Source: Histomonas meleagridis 2922-C6/04-290x
Taxonomy: Eukaryota > Protista > Parabasalia
NCBI GenBank assembly: GCA_020184695.1
Contig: JAANOX010000017.1
Location: 124,001-188,000 of the forward strand
Length of the DNA stretch: 64,000 bases
Reading direction: 5' to 3'
Shown: piece by piece, positions 7,141-16,694 of the stretch
How positions within the stretch are numbered: position 1 is the stretch's first letter
How the letters are laid out: each line of letters begins with the position of its first letter
Notes under the pieces: generated by a model
Database searches by the model: none
Told to the model about the DNA's origin: nothing
The model's input: the letters and a program-made list of their open reading frames with translations, nothing else
Made by a program: the position numbers and the translations under genes

Positions 7141-9684
7141 ATGGAACAGAGGTTAACAAATGAAGAACAAGTGAAATGCCTTCAAGGCCTTGTGTTAATT
7201 CAAAAAATCATACGAGAATTGAATTTTACAAATATCGAGGAGTCAGTAGCAAGGATTTTAAGTTCGTTTAGTAGTAATTCAATAAATTACACCTTATGCA
7301 ATTTAACATACAGATATTTTGTAGCAAGAATACTTGACTTTGATATATGTTTAAATTTTATAAAAGTTATTAATAAACAAAAAAAGACCATACTATTACA
7401 GATCTTTTTACACAATTACTTCTCGATTTAGGTACACAAGAATCAAATTTTTTACTTGAAAAGTTGATCGAAAAAGAAGTGATAAACCCAAATGTAGTTA
7501 AAAACAAGAAAACATTATATTTTATACATTATAAAACTCAAAATGAAATTGAATCATCCCATTTTAATTTTGATCAATTTAATGATGAGATAAAATGTAA
7601 TATTGAAAAGCTATCAAAGAATAATTGGGAACTTCATAAGCAATTAATTAAAGAAGGAGTTAATCCGAATGAAATTGCGAAAATAATTCGAAAAGATGAA
7701 ATAGAAAAACTTCAAGAAATATCATCACAACCAAATTTTGATTTTAGTCAACTAATTAAGCCATCACTTTATGAAAGATATTCATATATTAATCAAAATG
7801 CAGTTACATTAATTGATTATGCAGCATTTTTCGGATCAATTAAATGTTTTAAGTATTTATTATTAAATAATGCAAGGTTAATGAATGCGGGGAAATATGC
7901 AGTTGCAGGTGGAAATCTTGAAATTATTCATTTATGTGAACAAAACCATTCATCATTCTCAAATTCACTTGAAAATGTAATAGAATTTCATCGAAATGAT
8001 ATCTTTGATTATATTTATGAAAATAAAATTTTTGGTACTCCAAATTTTAATCAGTTGGCAAAAAAATGTATTATTTGCAGTAATTATGAATTGTTTTTGT
8101 TTTTTAAAGAAAACGAAAATATAAAATTAGATGGAATTTCTTCTGATATAATAAAAAGTCGTAATATTCTTTTAACCAAATGCTTCCTTGAAAATATTGA
8201 TCTTGAAAAAGCATTTGTTGCTTCTTCTGAAATTGGCAATATAGAAATATTTAAATTACTTCTTGAACAAAAAGGAATTGATATCAATGCTAAAGATATT
8301 TATTTGTTTTATTTAAAATTTATTTTAATAATTTAATATTTCAAAATAATATTTGGAAATTATTTAAATTATTTTATACAGCACTTATGTACGCATCTGA
8401 AAAAGGTCATACAGAAATAGTTAAATTACTTCTTGAACAAAAAAGAATTGATATTAATGCTAAAGACATTTATTTGTTTTATTTAAAATTTATTTTAATA
8501 ATTTTATATTTTTAAATAATATTTGGAAATTATTTAAATTATTTAAAACAGCACTTATTTGTGCATCTGAAAAAGGTCATACAGAAATAGTTAAATTACT
8601 TCTTGAACAAAAAAGAATTAATATTAATACTAGAGATATTTATTTGTTTTATTTAATATTTATTTTAATAATTTTGGATTTCAAAATAATATTTGGAAAT
8701 TATTTAAATTATTTAAAACAGCACTTATTTGTGCATCTGAAAAAGGTCATACAGAAATAGTTAAATTACTTCTTGAACAAAAAAGAATTAATATTAATAC
8801 TAGAGATATTTATTTGTTTTATTTAAAATTTATTTTAATAATTTTATATTTTTAAATAATATTTGGAAATTATTTAAAATATTTAAAACAGCACTTATAT
8901 ACTCATCACAAAAAGGCCATACAGAAATAGTTAAATTACTTCTTGAACAAAAAGGAATTGATATTAATGCTAAAGATATTTATTTGTTTTATTTAATATT
9001 TATTTTAATAATTTTGGATTTCAAAATAATATTTGGAAATTATTTAAATTATTTAAAACAGCACTTATTTGTGCATCTGAAAAAGGTCATACAGAAATAG
9101 TTAAATTACTTCTTGAACAAAAAAGAATTAATATTAATACTAGAGATATTTATTTGTTTTATTTAATATTTATTTTTAATAGTTTTGGATTTCAAAATAA
9201 TATTTGGAAATTATTTAAATTATTTGAAAACAGCACTTATTTGTGCATCTGAAAAAAAGGTCATACAGAAATAGTTAAATTACTTCTTGAACAAAAGAAT
9301 TAATATTAATACTAGAAATATTTATTTGTTTTATTTAATATTTATTTTAATAATTTTTGGATTTCAAAATAATATTTGGAAATTATTTAAATTATTTAAA
9401 ACAGCACTTATTTGTGCATCTGAAAAAGGTCATACAGAAATAGTTAAATTACTTCTTGAACAAAAAAGAATTAATATTAATACTAGAGATATTTATTTGT
9501 TTTATTTAATATTTATTTTAATAATTTTGGATTTCAAAATAATATTTGGAAATAATTTAAATTATTTTGGACAGCACTTATGTATGCATCTAAAAATGAT
9601 CATACAGAAGTAGTTAAATTACTTAAACAAAAAGAAAATGACAACAACACGAAAAAAATTAATTTATCATTATTAAATATATAA
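7141..9684 (+). CDS. DUF3447-like + ankyrin gene 1; 8 inserts, 32 spacers of 17 nt; one frameshift at the A7 run 7379-7385
   Basis: N-terminal LIDYAAFFGSIKCFKYL domain, then TAL..ASEKGHTEIVKLLLEQK.ID/NIN repeats at ~170-nt period (T codons 8378, 8548, 8718, 8888, 9058, 9230, 9401, 9571); TAA at 9682-9684. Confidence 0.8.
8298..9570 (+). other. Eight (17-nt spacer + 1 codon) x4 modules splitting ankyrin hairpin loops
   Basis: Example 8468-8547: ATTTATTTGTTTTATTT-AAA-ATTTATTTTAATAATTT-TAT-ATTTTTAAATAATATTT-GGA-AATTATTTAAATTATTT-AAA gives KD-KYGK-TAL. Confidence 0.9.
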
Positions 9685-10122
9685 ATAAAAGATAAACCTT
9701 AACAATATTTCAAATAGTAAAAGTAAATTTTTGTAATCATTTTTTTCATATTATTATATTTTTGATTTAAATAATCATTAAAAATTATTGTTCATTATCT
9801 TATGAAATAAGGAAATTAAACTAATCAATGAGGCATATTTGGGGCATCCTGATACAGTTTCCTCAACTTTTTAAATTGATATTATCCGTTTCACAACACA
9901 AACAATGTTCAAATCTTCATGCAACAAAACGACATACAATCCACTCGCCCAAATTCGTAATTTTATGAGAGGTGGTGATATGTTCCAACTGAACGGTTTT
10001 TACTCCTAAATTAAAAGATATAAAGCTGCAAGTCTTTTATGGCTCCTTCAGTAATTTTAGTTGAAATGTGTTAATTCTTTTTAATCAGTTTCTAGCCAAA
10101 ATATTAACTTCATAAATATAAA

Positions 10123-10305
10123 CATTCATTTAATAACGCATCACAAAAAGGTTATACAAAAATAGTTAAATTACTTCTTGAACAAATAGGAATTGATATT
10201 AATGCTGAAAATAATATTTATATGTTTTATTTAAAATTACAAGATAAAATTTGGAAATTATTTAAAATATTTTTGACAGCATTTAATATTGTTATCGATA
10301 ACTAA
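10123..10305 (+). pseudogene. Detached ankyrin fragment with three 17-nt spacers
   Basis: ASQKGYTKIVKLLLEQIGIDINAEN-N[17]K[17]G[17]L-TAFNIVIDN*; spacers 10216-10232, 10236-10252, 10256-10272. Confidence 0.7.
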
Positions 10306-10391
10306 AAGATATTTTAATAAAACTTTTATATTATATAATAGTCTTATATGTGTAGAATATTTTATCTATATAAATATTTTTTCTTATGTGA

Positions 10392-11471
10392 ATGTATAAT
10401 GAGTTATGTACGTTTAAAATTTTATACGTCATTTTTTTCCTAAAAATCAAAACAGAAATTCGAACGGTATTTCATTATTGCTTTCTTCGTGGATTATCAG
10501 TTGAAGATACATATCATGAAATGATCATATTTCATGGCCATAAGTTTCCTCAACCCAGAACAATTAAGAAATGGTTCGAGAGATTTGAAGAGAAATCAGA
10601 AAGCATCGAAGATTCACCCCTTACGGGGAGACCCAAAAAGGGGTTAGATTCCAAAATCCTCGATATTCTTAACAATGAACCATTTTCTTCAGCCAGGTAC
10701 ATAGCAGATATATTAGACGAACCAAAAACAACAATATAACGTGTTTTACATGAACAATTAAAGTCCAAAAAATTTAATTGTAAATAAATCCCTCATCAAC
10801 TAACGAATTCAAACAAACTTAGTCGAGTTGAGATGGGGAAAGAAATGTTATCAATTTTACTCGGCAACAAATATTCATGGATCAACATATTTACTAGTGA
10901 TGAATCTTGGTTTTATCGGATATCTAATTATACCTTTCAATGGCTTACTTTTTATTCACAGCGTCCAGAAAATCCGAAACAATTAATTAATACTCGAAAA
11001 ACGATGATCAGTATTTTTTTTCTACGGAGGGGTTTATTTTGATACAGACTTTACCTAAAGGAAAAAAAATTTGATTCCACATCTATGAATGAGGTTGTTC
11101 TTAAAAACATTTATAAGAAGGTAAGAGAAAGGAGACCTGTAACTGGTACAAAAGGCTGCATGATTCATATGGACAATGCACTATTTCATAACTCCGATAG
11201 TGTATCAAATGAAATCAAAAAATATGGACTTGCACGCATGCCACACCCACCCTACTCTCCAGATATTGCTCCTTGTGACTTCTGGCTATATGGGTTTTTA
11301 AAAAAAAAGTTGAAAAATTACCAGTTCAATGGGGAGGAGGCCTTGATTCAAAAAATCGTCGAAATTTTGAGCACGATAAAAAAGTCAATATTACAACTAA
11401 TATACCGCGAATGGTGTCTCCGTCTTAAATGGGTAATTAACAACGGAGGGGAGTACTATTGGAATATATAA
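10392..11471 (+). mobile_element. Mariner (DD34D) transposase, inactivated
   Basis: HTH ending GRP, TSDESW, HMDNA, HPPYSPDIAPCDFWLY; internal stops and frameshifts split it into 3 ORFs. Confidence 0.9.
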
Positions 11472-11832
11472 ATAAAAAAAATCTAATTATTATTTATTCA
11501 GAAAAAGGCATGTTGCACGAACTTTTGGACCATCCGATATAAGAAAAAAATATTAGGAACAGGATTCATTTTATCATCAAATAAAATTATAATGAATAAC
11601 TTACTTAAATATTTAATTTCATAATAAAACAAGATCAAAAAAGCTTTCTATTACATTATTAACATTTTGATTCTATAAATGGTTATTAATAATCTATTAT
11701 TAATGAAATTGATTCGATATTTAGTCGTTCATGAGTTCAATTCATTTGAAGATCAAAAAATGAGTTTTTTTTATATTTTGATATTATAATTAACATTTCA
11801 CATCCAAATGATTTCCAATGTTTGAGCTATTA

Positions 11833-11961
11833 ATTAATGTTATTTTCCGAGATAAATATGTTTAAAATCGAATTTTACGATCAAAATGCATAGAAAAAAC
11901 CTTAAAAGTTAAAACAAGAAAATCGGTTTCTAAACATATTTATCTCGTAATAATATTAATT
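11833..11961. repeat. Inverted repeat, MITE-like, about 130 bp
   Basis: CGAGATAAATATGTTTA (11848-11864) is the perfect reverse complement of 11931-11947, with imperfect extensions on both sides. Confidence 0.6.
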
Positions 11962-13005
11962 TATTTTAATTTACGAATAATAAAATAAATAGAATATATA
12001 CGTATTTTATAAAAAATGAATTAAATATGAATATTGTTAAAAATGGTTTTAATAATCTGCGATTTCAATATATTTACAATATCCATCTATTACTTTATTT
12101 TTATTGTTTTATTAGATATTTTTATGTGATTTATTTCATTTTATCTATAATATTCGTTTCGGGAGTGAAAATTTTTATTGCATTTTCGAAAGTTAATATG
12201 ATTATATATAAATTTTGTACGTATTTGAATTTCATGTAACTTATTTGAAGAATTACTGTTTTTCATTTTGTATTCCAATGGTTCGATTCAATAATTCTAT
12301 ATTTTTTTGACTTTTTTTTTACTAAATGCTTATTTTTTTTCATATTCTAAAAATAATAACAAAATAATTAGGTAAATCATAAAATGTTTGAAATTATTTA
12401 AATACTTAGATAAATAATAAAAATATTCTTATTTTTGTATTAAAGAAATTCAATGACGATATGAAATTTGATAAAAAATGCGAACAGACATAGGCAAAAA
12501 AATCATGTTGTGAGATGAAGATCAATTATACTTTTCCATTGTTTATATCATAATGTATTTTAATTTAGTTTGACATATTTATGATAAGGTAAAAATTATT
12601 ATGGTTGTTAGTTTTTTATAGAAACTTAGCGATAATTTATGCAATTTCTTCATATTTTTCATTATTAAATATTTGTTTTTCAAAGACCATTCTCTGAAAA
12701 AGAAATTCATAATTTAGAAAAATATTTTTGAAATATTTATGCATATTTTTTGAAATCAATTTTTCATTAACATTCAGATTATCTCAAAAAATTATACAAT
12801 AAGAAAATATAAATATTTATTTATCTTACAATTATATGCAATTTATTGATATTCATTTTCTACATTGCCACAATTATTTTCAAGATTTATTATATAAACT
12901 CCAAAATTAATTTGATACGAAAATCATTCAAAACACATTATTATCTAATTTATTATTTCTAATATATATCTATACAATAATACCCTATTATTCGTTTTTC
13001 ATTAT

Positions 13006-14461
13006 TCAGCATTTATTTAAAATTATTAAAATATGTTGTGCAACTCTCTTTAAATTGCAAAGTAATCTATGAGTTAGTTTTATTGAATTTATTTCAAAAT
13101 TATTATAAATATCAAAAATTGTATCTAAAACAATTTGTAATCTTCGATTAATTTTGTAAAATCGGAAAACATTCACAGTCATTTTTTTGTGCAAACTTTC
13201 AATGTGATTTGAGCATGTTGAGATTCCTAATGTCTGTCTATTCCATAAACCATTTCGATTATTACTACTTTTTGCAATAAGTTTACCATTTAATTTTCGT
13301 AAATCAAATATTTTCGCAAATTTCATAATCGTTTTTGAATCGATTTCTTTATTAATAATTAGTTCATTAACATCTGCAATAGATTGAACTTATTGAACCT
13401 CATAACTATCAATATTAGGTTGAAATAATAATATTTTGACAATTTGTGCAATAAAAGACCCCGAACCAATTTTCTCAATTAAATGCCTATAACATAAAAA
13501 TTGTTCTAAATTTTCATGATTAACAAAAGATTCAATAGCACTCCCTTCATCAGATAATACTGGTAAATTATTTAAACGATCAGAATTAGTAATTTTTTGA
13601 TACATTGATAAATAAGTGAATATAAATTTTCAGATTCCGATGGACCTAAAATTAATTCTAAAGGAATCGATGCATTATTGAATATTAAAAGTGGTATTGA
13701 ATACACATAAGGACGTAAAGCATAAAACGAAGCATCCATTTGAATATAAAGACTACCACCATCGATAGATAGAAATTCTAAAATTCCAGGAGAAATCCAA
13801 ATGAAGCATTGAACTGGTTTATTATCATATACTAATAAATTTTTAATATCTGATTTTTCATATAAATATAAAAAGAAAAAACCACTTTTTGAAGAAATAA
13901 TTTCTTCCAAACTTGAACATTTTGTTTTTTGATTCGAAAGTTTATAATACCAACAATTTGAAAAATAATTTGCCTCAAAAAATGTTTTAAAATTCCATTC
14001 GAAGTATTTTTATATATTATTTTACCAATCATCTGAAGCGGATGAATTATTCTGAAATCTTTTTTATGATTGTTTATTATTTCTTCATCCAATGGAAACA
14101 CAAATATAAACTTTCTGGAAGAATTATCTGTTTCTTCATGAAGAAGGTCGATTACATGTTCGCAAAGAATTCGGCAGCCTATTGTTCCTGTTTCAGAGGT
14201 TTTTTGTAGATGCAATTTGAAAATTATTTGATCACATTTGGAACATGATATCGAAAAATTAATATCATTATTTTGTCTAATGGTGTGCTTTTTACATGTA
14301 ATAAATAATGGTAAATTTTGAATAAATATTGTAATATCGAAATATGATAAATAGGGAAAACCTGGAAATTTTAAAACAGACAATTGCTTGTGAAATACAG
14401 TATTGAGATAATTCTGTCTTAAACCTAATTGAAGGTAAATGCAGCCTTGTTCAAAGTTCAT
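13006..14461 (-). mobile_element. Mutator-like (MULE) transposase, fragmented
   Basis: QMDASFY (D1), VLSDEGSAI (D2), LCYRH (CxxH), SNHIESLH (E), spread across frameshifted ORFs. Confidence 0.75.
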
Positions 14462-14923
14462 TTGATAAAACTAAAAATGTCAAAAAAAGTATGCCATTTG
14501 ACTCAAACGCAGTCACCATTGTTTCATAAAAAAAGCCCTTCCATTGAGCTACGAAAATTTCACAAGAACAAGGTAATTACCTATATATAATCATTAGATG
14601 CAGTAAAAGTTAATGGTCTCAACTTTTTATTCAGAAATGTTCCTAAAATCTAATATCATGATAATGTTTAAAAATCATTTTAATTATTAACTACAACACA
14701 ATATATTTGTTTTTAATTGAAGTTCAAGTTATTTCAAACATTAAAAAATACATCTAGTATATGCTCTATGTTCACAATTTTTTTTAATTTTGAGTATCAC
14801 ATATTGAATAACTTTATGTCGAGTGTATATTACAAATAAACTCTTTGTTACAGGAAAAAAATAATAATTACAAACAAACTTAAAAAATCATATCAAAAGC
14901 ACTATTTTTTATGAAAACTCCAA

Positions 14924-14998
14924 ATCACCGTGGAACAATAGGTTTAGTTCGTGAGGCTCATAACCTCAAGGTTGGAAGTTCGAGTCTTCCCGGTGGTC
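14924..14998 (+). tRNA. tRNA-Met(CAT)
   Basis: ATCACCG/CGGTGGT acceptor, GAAC/GTTC D stem, TGAGG-CT-CAT-AA-CCTCA anticodon arm, GGAAG-TTCGAGT-CTTCC T arm. Confidence 0.9.
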
Positions 14999-15164
14999 TT
15001 TTTAATTTTTTTCATTTTACGCGGGTATCAAAGATTGCATCAACAAATTTTTCGTAATAAGAACAAAAACAAAACAAACAGTCCATTAAAAAATCAATGA
15101 AATTTGAATCATATTACATAAAATAAATTAATTTTATTTAATGAACATTAACTATATTGCTTAG

Positions 15165-16271
15165 TTAGTAAGAAATAAGTTGTTTATAAAGTTCTTCTAT
15201 TTGATCCTTTATCACTTTTGTCGAAGCATATTTTGGAGGATTTGCTATGAAAATTGTCGAAATTATTTTTTGAACTTTATCTTCTGGCATTTTATATTTA
15301 GAACAAATATAACAAACAATTAAAAGCGCTGCAAATGAAACACATTGGAAAGTTATTCCTTCAATTTGTTTTTGGTCCGGACGAATTTTTGACTGAAGTA
15401 TTTCATCTTTCGGAAACAAAACATCACTATGACTGACAACATGACTCTGTGCAAGTGAAATAACCTTTTCAAGAATCCAATCGACAGTGACTTCTTGTGA
15501 TTTCGCATCTTTCATGAAGTCAATATCAATTTGTGGCTTTGGATTTAATTGAAATAAAAACTCACTTGGTACAAAACATGGAGAATAATCACTGATGAAA
15601 AACGCAACAAGAAAAAACTTAACATTATTCTGCATACGACTCCCAAGAACGCGACAAACTTGTGCTGAACCTAGAGAAGAGTGTAGAATTACTGCTAACG
15701 ACCCTATCTCTGGATCAACATGGTCTTGTTTGTGCTTTGCAACAGCTGGAGGTGGCGTTGAAAGTAATGGAAGTTGGAAAATAATGTTTTTGGGTTGTGG
15801 TGATCTTGAACTTGGTGGCGTTTGTAATATGTTTTGATTGATTTTCTTTTGGCGGAGCTTTGGCGGAAGTTGACATGTATTAATGACAGGTGATTGTTGA
15901 TTATTTATATTTGATAATCGTGGACTCCTTCGTGGTGACTCTGTTTTTGTGTTGAACATCTCGCAGAGTTGTTCTACTGATACAGATGTGTTTTGTATTG
16001 AATGGAAGTATCTTTGGATTAGTTTTCTCGTTTCTTTGGGATCATGTTCTGAGACTTCTTGAATCGCCTTATCATCTGGATTGTTTGGCTCAAGCCCGGT
16101 TTGAAGAATTAGGTGTCGTATTGAAGCAAGTTGAGCCTCAGTGTAAGGCGAACCCATGATAAAGCGGACGTTTAATAAATGTAAACGGTCGTTTGATGTG
16201 ATGATATTTCCTTCAATATGCAGTTTAACATAAGGATTACCACAAAAATATTTTCCACTCTCGATTGCCAA
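15165..16271 (-). CDS. Hypothetical nuclear-type protein (S/P-rich middle, Tudor-like segment, weak LIN-9-like resemblance)
   Basis: 368-aa ORF; PEIGSLAV...FLVAFF...VPSEFL beta-rich block. The true start may be the internal MGSPYTE. Confidence 0.5.
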   Translation of the reverse strand: MAIESGKYFCGNPYVKLHIEGNIITSNDRLHLLNVRFIMGSPYTEAQLASIRHLILQTGLEPNNPDDKAIQEVSEHDPKETRKLIQRYFHSIQNTSVSVEQLCEMFNTKTESPRRSPRLSNINNQQSPVINTCQLPPKLRQKKINQNILQTPPSSRSPQPKNIIFQLPLLSTPPPAVAKHKQDHVDPEIGSLAVILHSSLGSAQVCRVLGSRMQNNVKFFLVAFFISDYSPCFVPSEFLFQLNPKPQIDIDFMKDAKSQEVTVDWILEKVISLAQSHVVSHSDVLFPKDEILQSKIRPDQKQIEGITFQCVSFAALLIVCYICSKYKMPEDKVQKIISTIFIANPPKYASTKVIKDQIEELYKQLISY

Positions 16272-16694
16272 TCGAACATTACATTATCTTCTGAATATAA
16301 TGAATTTATTTTAGTTTTTCGGATGTTTTAAATTTTTGGCGAACGTTAACTTTTAGTCAGATAACTTTTCAACCGAATTTTCTTCTCAAAAATCCCGCTA
16401 AAAATAATAAACATTTCAATTTGGCTAAACGTACGAAAGACGTTTAAAATCAACAATCAAAAACAAAAATTATAGAAAAAAAAGAGTTTAAAAAAAAGAG
16501 TATGGCGCAGATGCCAGAAAATAAGAAAGGTGTATAGTTCCAGAACGTTATCACGAAGATAAACGTATTGGAAAGATACAAAAATAAAAAAAAATTCAAG
16601 AAAATCTACACGAAGTAGAGTATTTTTTTGGCTACACAAGCCGACGAAATATAAATTTTGTTGATGCAACAACAAAAAATTAGGGATTTTTTGA

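Noticed and set aside
7360-7410. Frameshift in gene 1's N-terminus as another 17-nt spacer
   Set aside because: Adding one A to the A7 run gives KKDHTITDLFTQ, which aligns better with paralog IYDVFTK than any 17-nt removal does.
8327-8374. Hairpin formed by spacers 2-4 as the processing signal
   Set aside because: An ~20-bp imperfect stem is present in gene 1 but is not evidently retained in diverged inserts of genes 2 and 4, and is easy to obtain by chance in AT-only sequence. A covariation analysis would be needed.
8298-8377. Stop-codon reassignment or read-through of the inserts
   Set aside because: 80 nt is not a multiple of 3, and ordinary genes here terminate at TAA, TAG and TGA.
8296-8379. 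U12-type AT-AC intron (ATATTT...ATAC)
   Set aside because: No ATATCCTT 5' site or U12 branch point, the join is out of frame, and the ends are not conserved across copies.
8306-8381. Canonical GT-AG intron using TT|GTTTT...ATACAG|CACTT
   Set aside because: The join puts the next repeat out of frame, and the GT and CAG are absent in many copies (e.g. CCT GCA, TTC CCA, ACT GCA starts).
8298-9570. 170-bp periodic repeat/spacer array resembling CRISPR
   Set aside because: The conserved part encodes ankyrin helices, units are far longer than CRISPR repeats, there are no cas genes, and the context is eukaryotic.
9287-9613. Short ORFs in ankyrin arrays (also 32020-32505, 60042-62430) as separate small genes
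   Set aside because: They are chance read-throughs of repeat plus spacer sequence belonging to the larger interrupted genes.
10370-10395. Left terminal inverted repeat of the mariner element
   Set aside because: The match to the right end is limited to low-complexity AATATTTTTTCTTAT flanking sequence.
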